Assembly (NCBI GenBank): GCA_018398765.1
Contig: JAHBMJ010000235.1
Location: forward strand, 1-53,228
Direction: 5' to 3'
Source of the DNA: Chromera velia
Taxonomy: Eukaryota
Length of the DNA stretch: 53,228 bases
Shown here: positions 30,401 to 42,574 of the stretch, in pieces
How the letters are laid out: each line of letters starts with the position of its first letter
Position numbering within the stretch: the first letter of the stretch is position 1
Position numbers and translations under genes: made by a program
The notes under the pieces: model-generated
Database searches by the model: none
What the model saw: the letters and a program-made list of their open reading frames with translations, nothing else
What the model was told of the DNA's origin: nothing

Positions 30401-30819
30401 GTGAGGGTGGCGAGCAGCCAGAGGAAGCAAGGGTCCTCAACGCTCTGGGAGAAGCGAGCGAAAGACGCAAACAGCTCCAAAGCTACTGAAAAGAGCCCAG
30501 GCACCCCTGAACAGGGCATTAGACAACAGTCTATACAACCGTTCCAAATCTTTCCAGACAAAGACTCTGATTCATCTGCAAGAGTAACAACCAGATTCAT
30601 GTGCTCGCGTGAAATCGGGATCTCCCCCTTTTCATTTTTAACTCCTTCCAACATTTCGCTGACAGCCTGCACAATACAGTGCTTGAGAGCAAGAAACCTG
30701 ACTACCCCAGTTCGTGCGCCCCCGTACCAACGGAATGAGGGCACGGTTCGTTCCATTTCGGCCTTGAACCCTTCCCATTTTGGAAGTTTCGATTTGGCGG
30801 GGTCTGTCTCGTCCAGATC
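27127..30819 (-). CDS. MYND zinc finger + RPA32/RPA2-like OB fold + winged-helix protein; 5' structure uncertain, frame break near 29650
   Basis: MYND: CHSRKC..CPNCHLTAYCSRTCQVNHW...HKVWC. OB fold: FTLVAQIMNI..VRDCS..FVRIYGKLVSF..SVRPIKNDTEIPLHGIEVGHTYLKL. Terminal exon 27260-27127 (LAAFDLLGQQGYVYNPGVDPD) resembles the RPA32 C-terminal winged helix. Upstream ORFs 29647-30324 and 30334-30825 probably belong to the same gene. Confidence 0.65.
28022..28133 (-). repeat. 48-bp coding tandem repeat (EAVGRQGGLDLTxSAA, ~2.3 copies)
   Basis: Visible in DNA and protein, in the linker after the OB fold. Confidence 0.9.
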
Positions 30820-31164
30820 CTGCAAGAACTTTCAGTGTTGATTGAAAGCGGTAAGCATCAACGGCGTGTCAAATGCCGTGAGCTTTTAGAGCGGGAAAGA
30901 CATGGGAGATTCAGACGAGACCCTCCTGTTGTTTGTCAACAGTTTGATTCAACGCAGCATATATACGTGTTTGTGTTGCTTTGAGGAAAACCATCACAGT
31001 ACCATCACAATGCCACCGCCGGCTGGAAGACGCTTTGGTGAGCAGCTTTTGATCAAGTTTCAGTGAGATCGAGCTGCACACATCCGACTTGACGACGCAC
31101 CGCGCAAACACAGTGAAGAAAGAAAGCTCATGCAACACGTACATGCAGTGCAAGCACTTGCATG

Positions 31165-31530
31165 AAGCCGTTGCATGCGCGGAGTGATATGGAGTGTTGC
31201 ATGCATGCGTTGTATCGAATCATCTGTTGTTTAAACAACACAAATCATGTTCAAATTAATCCTTAAATCAGTTGAGTGAAGTCTTCTGCCCGATCGGCTC
31301 GAAGGATTGTCGTGTATCTGTCTACATCTGTCTTGATGACTCTACGTGCACGAGAGAAGGATTTGCCAGTGTAGACATTCAAAAGCTTCCACGCTGGTCC
31401 TTACAAACAAAGCTTGAGCATCTCTTCAAAAGTCCTTCTAGCTCAAATTAAGGCTTTTCGAGTTTTAATTCGACTCAACTGTGCCTACGCTTCTCTCCTG
31501 CAAATTATGGTAACGAAGTTTCTTCTCTTT
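31165..31530 (+). repeat. Diverged copy of 34713-35052 (upstream region and first codons of the 35035 gene)
   Basis: Shared blocks ACAACACAAATCATGTTCAAAT, GAAGTCTTCTGCCCGATCGGCTCGAAGGATTGTCGTG and TTCGACTCAACTGTGCCTACGCTTC. Confidence 0.92.
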
Positions 31531-31747
31531 TTTTATCTGCTCCCTGACCGCCATCCTCTTTCCCCTTTCTTGATTTGTCCCTTTGGGTTGCTTTTTTATA
31601 CTTTTTTGCCGTTTCAAGATGATGATCATGATTATAAACCTGGTGACTTCTATGTAATAGTTTCCAAAAATATAACAGATAAGGAAGAGAATACCATAAA
31701 TTTAAGAGCAAATTCTAGTTAAGTAAAAACAAAAATACATGTTTATA

Positions 31748-32513
31748 CACAGTATGGTTAGGAGTTACTACCAGCTCTTTTTAGCCAGTAGCGAGTTACC
31801 GTCAGTTTGGTAATCATGAGATGGTAACCGGCGGACTTGAAGGCATATACCACTACCATGGTACTTCAAGGAAAAACTCTACTAAAAACAGTTATTAGAC
31901 CTATTTTAAAGCCTAAGCAGACCTCCTTGAACCTAACTACCACTTGAAAGTTTAAGCCATATTTTTGGATAAGCTTGAAAGTCCGCGCCGCAGCTGCGGA
32001 TCATTTACGGTGTCTTGAAACCCAAAACCACATATCTCGACGGTGTCTTAAACATTTACGCCGCAGCCGTAGACGGTCTCTTGAAAAACAATGCCGCAGA
32101 GAGAGATTATCTTGATCATATTTTTTTAAATGGCAGTTCGGTTCAGGGAGGTTCCTAACCACTTAATTCATTAGCAGTTTAAAGCCCTGAAATGATCATA
32201 CTCAAATAATACATGCTATACATAGTGATATACTACTTAAAGTTCAGTCATGAAATGATGAACATTGAATTTTATTAGAATGAACTTTTAATGAATGCCA
32301 AAAATATGATTTTTACTAGTCTTAGTAGTCTAAAATTGTTTTTGTAGGTTAAGTTTGACTCAGAATATGGCCAAATCTGCCTGTTTGTAGGCTAAATTGT
32401 AGCTACTACCACTACCACTGGAACACTACTACCGTAACCACAAAATTAGTAACCGGGCGGCCTAGCGGACGCTTAGTAACCGTCCTACTTTCGTTACTCC
32501 TAACCGTACTGTG
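31748..32513. mobile_element. MITE with CAC termini and TA TSD (CACTA/EnSpm-like)
   Basis: 18-bp TIR CACAGTAYGGTTAGGAGT with one mismatch. TA at 31746-31747 and 32514-32515. Confidence 0.85.
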
Positions 32514-33339
32514 TACATGTTTACTACATGAATTTAAGTTAGAATCTAAATAAATTTTCTAATAAATTTTTGGTATGATAAGGGGGCGGCTTGGGGGGCT
32601 TATATATAAAAAGTTATAAAAAGTAAGGTATATGATAAAATATAATAAGATTAATATCCCGAGCTAGGCCTGGAGGCTAAACATAGACCCAAAAAACACT
32701 TTAGAAAACACTATACATATATATTTCATTGGTACTTGGGATACTTCGAAACCAGCACATTGCATGCGCGTCTCTTTGCAATCATCAGTGTAATATTCAC
32801 ATTTTTAATTCACTACACACTGGCATACATATAAAAAAACCGGTAATTTCTACTGAATAATCACGAATTCACATAAATTCACAGCAACAGCGGCAGTAGC
32901 AGTAGCAGCCCCAGTGATATTTCAAAGGGCCCTTTTCACTGGTCTATTTATCACCAAATTGCGGGGTGGATATGCATGGTATCAGCTCTTGGCCTTCTAC
33001 AGAACACACACTGCCTGAACACTGTCATACTTGCATCAGGTATCATGAGCTGCTCTCATGCAGAGTCATTGCAGAGACAATGTCAGTCGGCTGCAACATT
33101 CGAGGTGGAATGCTGTACTCATACAGTGTCACGAGCGATCAAGGCCGAACAGCTCGATCATCCAACAGAAAAAGTGTGGGGGAACGAAGGGCTTCTCCAC
33201 TTATCAATGACCCTCACACAGTGAATACACTTTGGAGGGCGCAGACGCAAAGAAAAATGGTCGTTTGCTTGCCAGCTATGTGGATACATGCACGGATAGA
33301 TGGATGGAAGGATGGACGGATGAATAGACGTTGAATTCC

Positions 33340-34413
33340 TCACTCATCCTCGGGGCGTGACAGCCTGCGCCTCTTTACGTTGGGAACGGGGGTGCGACAG
33401 GAATCTGATTCTGATTCTGAGCCCTCTCCCTCCTCATCCGACTCTTCTTCTGATTCTTCTGCTTCCTCCTGCTCTCCCTCATTTTCCTCTTCGTCATCAT
33501 CTGATTCACCTTCCGCCTCCTCGCCGTCTTCTTCCTCCTCCTCGTCCTCCTCCTCTTCCTCTTCTTCGTCAGACTCCCCATCGGAATCTGAATCACACTC
33601 GCACCAACCTTCAAAAAAATCTTCGTCTTCAATTCCTTCGTCATCTCCAAACTCATCTCTCTTCAGCAGTCCGCACTGATGACACGTAGGGTCCTCCCGC
33701 ATCATGAAGGAATCACGAAACTCCTCCATCTGTTGTCTCTCCGACTCCTCCTTCCTTCTCCTCCTGTCCAGGTCTCTCTTCACCGATTCATCTGCCGAAT
33801 CGATTTTGATCATGTCCAGAGACCCAATCTCACATCCCCCTTCGATCTTCTCTAAGGCTTCTTTGACTCCCATGCTGCTGTGCTCCAGTCGCACTGCTCC
33901 TCTGCCCGCTGACTGGGAAGACGTTCCCATTCTCTCTCTGCAGAAGTCCGCCCACTCCTTGAGGGCGGGTCTGGGATCGGACACGCCGAGGGCCCACGTT
34001 GCGTATGAGGGGTCTGTGGCAAGGACATCGGAGAATTTCTCTCCTCTGTGCTTCCCAAAGATGAAGCGAGGGGAGGATGCTTGCGGGGGTCTTGAAGAAG
34101 AAGAGGCGGAGCTACTACTCAAGTTCACAGAACCAGGCACTGTGAAGCCGAGGCGCTTCAAAGATTTGACCCAGGAGGGCACAGAATGGGAAAGGGTTAC
34201 AAGTGTCCCACTGTTTCTGTGTCTGTCAGAAAGATTCATAGTCGGATGACTGCCCCCACACTCCTCCCCACAATCTCCATCCTCCATATAGTTCCAACAA
34301 ACCCCAACACCCCATTTGTCTTTCCCATTTCGAATGTATTCATCTTTCCATTCCTCGAACCCGTCCATATAGTCACAATCATCACAACCAAACCCAAAGA
34401 GAGCTCCCAACAT
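33340..34413 (-). CDS. Intronless hypothetical nuclear protein: CCCH-like zinc finger, FGKH(R)G motif, acidic tail, basic NLS-like end
   Basis: 357-aa ORF with CWNYMEDGDCGEECGGSH, FIFGKHRGEKFSDVLATDPSYATW (DUF3820/ExoX-C-like), CHQC..CEC, a D/E-rich tail and KRRR. Confidence 0.75.
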   Translation of the reverse strand: MLGALFGFGCDDCDYMDGFEEWKDEYIRNGKDKWGVGVCWNYMEDGDCGEECGGSHPTMNLSDRHRNSGTLVTLSHSVPSWVKSLKRLGFTVPGSVNLSSSSASSSSRPPQASSPRFIFGKHRGEKFSDVLATDPSYATWALGVSDPRPALKEWADFCRERMGTSSQSAGRGAVRLEHSSMGVKEALEKIEGGCEIGSLDMIKIDSADESVKRDLDRRRRKEESERQQMEEFRDSFMMREDPTCHQCGLLKRDEFGDDEGIEDEDFFEGWCECDSDSDGESDEEEEEEEDEEEEEDGEEAEGESDDDEEENEGEQEEAEESEEESDEEGEGSESESDSCRTPVPNVKRRRLSRPEDE

Positions 34414-35034
34414 GACGAGAAAGTGTCTGACCTGGATTGCACGCGTTGAATCAATGTGTACGTATCAGATACGGTTAACAAGATTGCCGGCAGGAGAGGG
34501 CTCCACAATTCGATGTGTAGGGGTGGCCAGTAAGGCCCTTGCGATGGCAGATTTGAAGGACAACACATGAGCTTCTCATTTTTTACTCCTACAGCTCCGT
34601 CGAAGCTTCAGTGCCGGGCCCGCCGCGGGGCCCAGATGGAATCTGATGCCCTTCCCGGAATTCACCGCGCACGCGTGGTGGCATGCCGGGGCTCTTTTGG
34701 CGATCATGCAACAAGCCGTTGCATGCGGAGTGTTGCATGCAACGTAGCTTGCGTTGTTACTATTCATCTGTTGTTTGAACAACACAAATCATGTTCAAAT
34801 CCTTAAATCAGTCAAGCGAAGTCTTCTGCCCGATCGGCTCGAAGGATTGTCGTGCATCTGTCTTAATGACTCTATTTGCACGGGAGAAGGATTTTCCACA
34901 CACATTCAAAAGGTTCCCCGCGGGTCCTTACAAACAAAGCCTGAGCATCTCTCCAAAAGTCCTGGGAGCTCAAAGTCCTTCGAGTTTCAGTTCGACTCAA
35001 CTGTGCCTACGCTTCCCTCCTGCAAATTATCGTC

Positions 35035-36293
35035 ATGAAGTTTCTTTCTCTTCAGCTCTTCCTCCTTCTAACGGTCTCTGCCGTTTCCAGTTTTCCGTTC
35101 GGCCGGTTCCGGTCCAGGCTCTTCCGACCCAGGGCTTCCTCTCGTTTTGCCTCCAGAGCCGGCCGTGTCCGTTTGGGAAGTTTCCAAAATGGAGCGACCA
35201 ATCGTTTGGGAAGTTTCCAAAATGGTGCGCAAAATCTTCGTACCAGGTACTGGCAGATGCAGTCAACGGCCTTGAGCAGTGTGCAGAATATAGTGCAGGC
35301 CGCGGGCCAGGCGCTCCCGTCTACCCTCCCGTCCCAATACGGTCGCCGTCTAGCATTCTCTCCGTCTCGACATGCCGGGGCTTCATCTCGGGGAGGACTC
35401 ACGGGTGATCGGCTGGGACTTGAGAGCAGCGCGGCGAATCTTTGGGCTCTGCAGGGCGGAATGACGACTGAGCGAAGTTTCATGCGTGATCTCCGAGGCA
35501 AACAGCAAGAGTTCGCCAGCTGAAGCGCGCAGTCTTGTACGGTCTTGTACCACCTGACCCGAGCTCAGTCGGGTTCCTCTTCTCAACAGAAAGCTAGGAG
35601 CGATGATGAAGCTTGCTTCGGAACATCCCGTGATGATCTCTTGTGACTTCCTTTTCCTGAACGAAAACTCGAAGGCATGACCGTCACTATCCTCAGGCTG
35701 GTGCTGGATCTCCGTATGCGCATGTAGAAAGAACAGCGGAGAGGCTTCAAGGCTTGATGACAAAATCCACAAAGCCAGAGCGAAAGGGGGGTGATGTCGA
35801 GGACGATTGGACAGAGGAAGCTTCAAACCTTCAACAAATGTACGGATGTGGAGGTAGAGGAAACAACATGCAAGCAACACATAAGCCAAAGAGAGAAAAA
35901 CAACAAGTATAGAGGGAGGATGCATCAAAGTGAGAGGAAAAGAGGGAGGCAAGGAGAGTGGGAGTGAGGGAAGGAGAGAGGATGAAGGAAGAGGGATGAA
36001 AGAAGCAGGCAAACAAGGAATGATGGAAGGAGCACATGCACATCGATTGGCACCCACTTTCTTCTTCATTCGTTCCTTCTTTTCTGCCTTCCTTCCTTCC
36101 TTCCTTCCTTTGTTCGTTCGTTCGTTTGTCCGTTCCCTCTCAGACTGATCGATCGACACGGGCGCCGCGCGTTCGTGTTTGTCATGATTGTGAATTGCGT
36201 CATGACGTCAATCATTGCGAGGGGGGGCCTTATGTGTGTGACGTCACTGGAGAGCTTCTCGGTGTTTGTATAAAAGAAGAAGAGAGAAACTGA
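35035..36293 (+). pseudogene. Signal-peptide-bearing hypothetical gene, probably decayed downstream of 35523
   Basis: MKFLSLQLFLLLTVSAVSS-FPF is followed by an Arg/Ser-rich, acid-free region. Coding-like sequence after the stop at 35521 shifts frame repeatedly. Possible Cys-rich last exon 36144-36293. Confidence 0.5.
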
Positions 36294-37469
36294 CCGTGCA
36301 TGAGTGTGTGAGAGTGTGTCCGCGTGTCCTCTGCGTGTGGGGAGGTGAGTGAGAAGTCTTTCTTTACAGTCATTGTTTAAATTCGTCTGCATGTCCGTCT
36401 TTCCGTCTTCGAAGACCATCAGATAGGTACTTCACAAGGTAAGGTAACAGAAGATATTTCTTTGTGCCGGTGCTCATTTGCGCGCATCAGACCGCCATCC
36501 CCTCTCCCTTTTCTTCATCTATCCTTCTGGGTCGCTCTCTTGCCACGTTGAGATCTTGCAGACTCACAATGGGATAGTCAGAGCGGCTGACAGAGCCCAA
36601 GTGGAGGCTCACCCTGAAGTTTGCCGGCTTTAACCACTTCACGAAATTTACTTCAATCTAGACTTCAATTCAAATTGCAGCAGAATATTGATTGATTCAT
36701 TCATCTATTATTTCTCTATCTTTTTGTTCTTGTTTTTTTACTCAGCGGTACTCACTGGTCAGTACCATCAGGTCTAGTTTGATGTATAACTAGGTGTACA
36801 ATTTTCTGAGCCTTTCATTTTTAGCCTGAGTGGGATAATGCAAAGACTTAAGAATGTATACGAATGTAAGAATGTATACGGACTAGTCCGCTTAAACAGT
36901 GATAAACACGATCAAACTCGACAGAGCAATGGTAAATCGAGCTCACTCACGTTTGGAGCAAGCATTCCATTCAAGTCTATTCACTGGCATGCATCAACAT
37001 GCCTGCGTAGACAATCACTGGTATTCATGATTCACTCTCTGCTGTATGGACAGACGACGAGACGAAGAAACAAACACTGTCTCGCCAGTGCGATATACGA
37101 CATCCTCCGGCTGAGTCGATATTCTTTGCCCCATGCGAGTCATATGATGCGACTCCCCATTCATTTCTCTTTCTTTCAGTGACATCACCGAAGCATAACC
37201 CCAGTGACATCATACAAGCTGGGCCACACACGCGAAAATGAATTAGTGAGTGAATGAATGGATGGATGAATGAATGAATGATCAAATGAATCGATGGATT
37301 GATGATCCAGCGAATGTGGACGGATGAAAAGAAGAAAGTAAAGCAGGAACCAGCGTCCACAAGTGGCCGCAAAGGGAAAGGTTGAATCGCACACAGTCCC
37401 AAAGTCAACTGTAACTGTCAACTGACTGAATTTTGAGCATCTGCTCGCCCACTCTCACAGCCCCCCTTG

Positions 37470-37650
37470 CATTACTTACACTGAAATATGCACGGCCCCC
37501 ACACCCGCTTCCCCACCCTGATTGCATTACTCACTTAATGAAAAAACACTGAAACATGCACTGCCCCCACACCCGCTCTCCCACCCTCCCTGCATTACTC
37601 ACTTGAAGTCAATGAAAAAATACTGAGACATGCATGCACTGCGCCCACAT
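37470..37650. repeat. ~70-80-bp tandem repeat, ~2.5 copies
   Basis: Repeated ACTGAAAYATGCAC.GCCCCCACACCCGCT..CCCACCCT..TGCATTACTCACTT. Confidence 0.85.
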
Positions 37651-37760
37651 CTACTCAGCCTGATGGACAGCGTCTCTGTGTCCATCAGCCTCTACCACGA
37701 GTGTCTCTTTCCTTTTTCTGTCTCTCGTCTCATTGAAGAGACGGAACGTCATCTCACGGC

Positions 37761-40700
37761 TCACTCCTCCCCGTCGTCCTCCCCGTCCCCCCAGCCGTGG
37801 ACGAGGTCGATGTGCTCATACACGTCAGCCACATCTCCTGCATCCTCACCCCCGACCATCCACAGGCAAACCCAACAGAAATGAGCACCACACACACAGG
37901 TCATGTGGTCACAACCCGAAATCTTCACACACGGTGTCTGACACCCAGGGCACTTCCTGCCCTCCCAGTTCGTGTTCATGTCGTTGGCTGCCTCCTTCTG
38001 CTTCAGCACGCAGTCCTCGCATCTGAAGTCCTTTACCTCGCCCACCCCACGGGCACACTCACGAGCTGCAACCTCCCGAACAGAGGAACACCCCTGACAC
38101 CATCCCCAGATGAAATCCCCACCCGCGCCCTCACAGACACGCTTGATCACATCGCGTGCGAAGAGATGCACGGCTCTCCTGTTGTGCTTTCGGAGAGTCT
38201 CTGTCTTCGGTCGGGTCTTGCAAAAGGGGCACGCAAGGTGAGAAGGCATCACCTGCTCTCCCGGCTGCATCTGGCCATACCAGGAATTCAGGCATGGGTC
38301 GCAGCACAGTGCAGAGCAACCAGCCTTCCCACAGGCACTTGAGAGAGCGGTGAGTGCCTTGGGCTCACAGCAGAGGTCACACACGTCAGAGAGTGCGGCA
38401 GAACGGACGCGGTTCCAGATCTCTGCGAGGAGAGACGACACGCCGTGGATGGACTTCCCCTGATAAGTCAGGGAGCGGGGAAGGGTTCCATCAGCCTGGA
38501 GGGCAGAGATGTGGGAAGGTACGGTCTCGGTCTCTGCTGCTTGATGGTCGGGGGGCCCGTCAGGCGTCTCTGCGGAGTCGGGGAGAACCTGGCGTCTCTT
38601 GGCAGAGGCTGCGAGAGAGGCGAAGAGCTGGGCGTTCTTCTCGTTCTCCTGTCCGGCAAAGAGGGCGTCTGCGGATCTCTCCTGAGTGGCGACCTTGAAG
38701 ATGGAGATCGTGTTGAACAGGGAGGAGAGGAGGGAGCGGGAGGGGACGAAACCAAACATCGCAGGGAGACCGGAGCAGAGCGCACCCTCTCCTGCGAGGG
38801 TCTCGAGGGAGACAGACACACTCTCAGTGACCTCGGAGACCCGACCAGACTCGCCACATCTCTCAAGTGCCTCAGTGCACACGGCACACTCCCACTTCTC
38901 CTCAGTGGTCTTGTTGACCACGTCCTTGTTGGGAACAACCCACTGATTCAGACAGCAGGAGCACTGGAGAAGGGGGGGGGTCTGACAATATCTGCAGTAG
39001 TGACACTTGGGGGTCACATTCAGCTGGTTAGGTCTCACGACTGCGTAGGTGCCTGTGCAAGTGCGGCACTGCACAAAGTGGGAGCGGGTTGCATCCCACT
39101 CCTGAGTGAGCTCGCCGACATAGGACCCCTCGGAAAGGCAGATACCACAAGTGTCGCCAACCATGAGAGTGACAGATCTCTGATACTTGCACATCTTGCA
39201 CTCTGCCTTGTGGTCGGGCTTGCGAACCTCCTTCACGGGTGTGAATCCCCGAGTAAGGGAGAACTTCAGGGGGGCAGATCGACGGAGACGGTGAAACGCC
39301 CTCAGGCGGCTGTAGAGGTTCTTCTCGTCCTCAGTGAGCAGCTCGGGGATTCGACAGACGAGGTGGATGAAGTCGACAGTCAGGATCTCAGGGTAGGTCT
39401 CTGCCTTCTCGAGGGGGGGAATCCAGGCGCCCTTCCAGGCAGTCAGGAGGCGCTCTGCGCGGGTGGAGAGGAGCTGGTTGCCAGAGGTGAGGGCAAGGAT
39501 GGCGAGCATCATCGCGGGTCGGAGGGAAAACTCCGTGCCTGGGTGGAGGAGGTGACCGAGGTACCCTGCAAGCAGAGGAAATGAAAAAAGAGAAAGAAGA
39601 GAGGCAGAGGTGAACCTGTACACGAATGAAGTGAGGATTAGAGAACAATCCAGTCAGAAGGAGAAAGAAGACAAGGAAAAGAAAAGGCAAGTCATGCAAT
39701 CACGTCGCTTCCAGTATGGAGAGAAAAATGAAGATCGAATGGTAGAGAACTGCGGGGGGAGAGCGACCGTCTGTAAGAATCAGGCTGACCGTCCTTCTGA
39801 CAAAACCATAGATTGGCATTCTGAGTGGTCTATCTGCCTTCAGGCTGACCGTCCTTCTGACAAAACCATAGATTGGCATTCTGAGTGGTCTATCTGCCTG
39901 ACAGTGTCTCGCTTTCTGGCGGTATCATGTCAAACCGACCGACTGACCGAAGAGATCCTTGTCCTTCAGGGAGAGGGGGAGGTAGAGAGGTACGTCATCC
40001 TCCTCTCTCTTGGGAAGACCCTCTACTCCCCTTCTCTCTGCAGCCTCTCCTGGCACAACCACCAGGTGAGTCAGGGCCTTCTGGAGCTTTGAGAGAGCAC
40101 CAGGGTCTGGCTTCTGAGCAACAGACCGGAGCTCTGTGCGAGTGGGGATCTCGGCGTTTGGGGGCATCTCGAGGACCAGCACTCCCTCAGAGAGAGAGGC
40201 GTTCCGGATCGCCTCTCCAATCTCGGCACTCTTGTCATAAGAGAGCTCGATCCATGCCTGGAGGCTCTCACGCTGTCCATCTGCAGGGAGAGCCTGGACG
40301 CAGGAGGAGAGGTGATCTACGAGGGGGGCGAGTCGGTCGTCCTCTCTGCACTTGCACAGAGCTCTCCAGATGGATCCCAGGAGGGGGTTGTACGTGAGGG
40401 CGAGGACGCTGTCGGGGGTGAGGAGTCTGTTAAACTCCTCGAAAACGAGGGAACGGAAGTCCTCATCCGACCCGAGAAGGCGAGGAAGAGCACGGAGACC
40501 TCCCTTCTCCTTCTGAGTCCCGTCTGTCAAGTTGTTGATGGCAAGCTCGAAGGGGAGGGGGTCGAGGTCAAACGGGCCGGTCTGGACGAGGCGGTTGAAG
40601 TCCACATCCTTCGTCAGGGCTCCCTCATTGTGGAGCTTGGACATCGCCTGATTAGAGACCAGACTCTGCAGACCCTTCAGACCTGCGTCGCCTCCAGTCT

Positions 40701-41729
40701 CCTTCTCAGGCTTCTCACCCAGAAGCATAGAGAGAGCCATCACGGTGGCTTTGGTGACGGAGGCAGAGTCGACGCTCGGGAGGAGGAGAACATCACCGAG
40801 TAGAGAGAAGAAGCCGATCTCGGCAGTCTGCATGCGCTGTGGAACGAAGGACACGAAGGGCACGTTCTTGTCAGCAAACCATCTGCAGATCTTCAGCCAG
40901 TCAAATCCGGGATCCTTTCTCTTCAGGGCCTCCATCTCCCGATTAATGTTGGAACCCTTTCCTGCGGAGGAGGACCAACGGGCGTGGTGAGGAGGTGCAT
41001 CGGCGTAGGTGAAGACGAAGTGGTCGTGCTCGGTGGGGAGCTTGCGGATCTCCTCAGCGATGTGGTTGAGGGCCGTCTTCAGAGCCTCTGGACGGTCACC
41101 TCCTCCTCCTGCACGAAGCGCGGCAGCGAACGCTCTGATCTCCTTCTCATCGGTGGAGTGACAGTGCCTGAGGAGTCGGGTACCGTCACAGTAGTCCTCA
41201 TAGGTCACAAGGTGGATTCTCAGATTGCCTCTGAAGAGAATCTTCGCAATGGAGAAAATCTCATTGAGGGTCTTGGGCATGGAGGCCAGATAAGAACCCA
41301 TAGAACCTGCGAGCAGGAGTCAACGAAGGGGGGTGGCGAATGATCGAGCGAGCTGAGTGGGGTTCAAATTGGAGGGGAGAAAAAAGAGAAATTGTCCAGA
41401 AGAGGGACAGGATAAAAAGGAACAGAGCTCTCGCTTGGGCAGAATGCGAGTGCTGTTCGAGGAACAAGCCGTCTCTGGGGGAGACGGAAGAATCAAGAAA
41501 GCAGGAAAACTGTTCAGACAGGAGAGGAGTGCCAAATTCTCCCTCAATTGGTCAGTTGTCGAGGTCTTCGGTGACGAATTGAGGCAAAGTATCTGTGATC
41601 AAACTTTATAGGAACGCTGGACGCACCTGTAGTATCAATAGAGAACCAGAGGTGAAGGTTTGCGTTGGCAACACGAACAGAAAGGGGTCCATTTGCCCCA
41701 TTCTGCACGGGACGGGACGGAGTCTGCAT
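37761..41729 (-). CDS. VWA-domain + zinc ribbon + RING/IBR (ariadne-like) protein, mimivirus R811-like; 3 exons, 1088 aa
   Basis: Exons 41729-41627, 41306-39948 and 39565-37761 join in phase and rebuild DTTGSMG across intron 1. Also YEDY, GGGGDRPEALKT, ADAPPH, multiple CxxC pairs, and C-terminal CPGCQTPCVKISGCDHMTCVCGAHFCWVC. Confidence 0.85.
39780..39899. repeat. Perfect 60-bp tandem duplication in an intron
   Basis: TCAGGCTGACCGTCCTTCTGACAAAACCATAGATTGGCATTCTGAGTGGTCTATCTGCCT occurs twice. Confidence 0.95.
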
Positions 41730-42106
41730 CGCAACTGTACTCTAAGGCAGCCTAGCTGCTTATCTGTCAAGTCTCAAGCAAGAGAACGAGACAGACTCTT
41801 AAGCTTTTATTAACAAGTAAGAGGTCCAAGGAGACGGATAGTAGAACCGGATCCGTGGAACCGAAAAGTGAATTGTTGAGCCGTGCTCACACCAAGTCAG
41901 AAGCAGGACAACCGAGAAATTAAGAATTCAGTTTTGACTCTTTTGATTGCTATGTTACTCCCGGCAGAACTGTAACAGAAAGGTCAACGATGTACTGAGC
42001 GGATTCAAATTGGGGAGAGCGAGTTTTGCATTTTGTTTGGCGAATCAAGGCGCCCGCGGGGTTTGAGTCCGACGATCCGATTTACCGCCGCGCGCGCGAG
42101 CGGCGA

Positions 42107-42411
42107 NNNNNNNNNNNNNNNNNNNNNNNNNNNNNNNNNNNNNNNNNNNNNNNNNNNNNNNNNNNNNNNNNNNNNNNNNNNNNNNNNNNNNNNNNNNNNN
42201 NNNNNNNNNNNNNNNNNNNNNNNNNNNNNNNNNNNNNNNNNNNNNNNNNNNNNNNNNNNNNNNNNNNNNNNNNNNNNNNNNNNNNNNNNNNNNNNNNNNN
42301 NNNNNNNNNNNNNNNNNNNNNNNNNNNNNNNNNNNNNNNNNNNNNNNNNNNNNNNNNNNNNNNNNNNNNNNNNNNNNNNNNNNNNNNNNNNNNNNNNNNN
42401 NNNNNNNNNNN
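42107..42411. other. Assembly gap (305 N) in the GC-rich region between two divergent genes
   Basis: N run flanked by CG-rich sequence. Confidence 1.
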
Positions 42412-42574
42412 CCCCCCCCGCGCCCCCGGCGCCGGCCCCGCAATCGACCCCCCGCCAACCCCGGCCCAACCTATAGCTTTCTCTTTGACGTCTTGGTTCT
42501 CCTGGAAAAAACAAAGACCGGTTTGTGTCCCCACATTTTGGAGATGTCTACGTGACAAAGCAGGCTCTGCAACG

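Noticed and set aside
26300..32740. Shared CATAGACC..ACTTTAGAAA..ACTATACATAT motif at ~26333-26372 and ~32682-32722
   Set aside because: Probably fragments of one AT-rich repeat family, but termini and TSD could not be defined.
36745..36780. GGTACT..AGTACC hairpin followed by CTAGT (similar at ~48422-48455) as Helitron 3' ends
   Set aside because: Short hairpins, with no matching 5' TC end or second copy in the window.
38445..39584. 379-aa plus-strand ORF and other antisense ORFs over pol, the oxidoreductase and the VWA gene
   Set aside because: Antisense shadows of GC-rich coding sequence, with no motifs.
39780..39899. 60-bp direct repeat as CRISPR or mini-LTR
   Set aside because: Only two adjacent copies with no spacer. 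A simple intronic duplication or assembly artefact.
42005..42560. ORFs spanning the N run
   Set aside because: Artefacts of the assembly gap.
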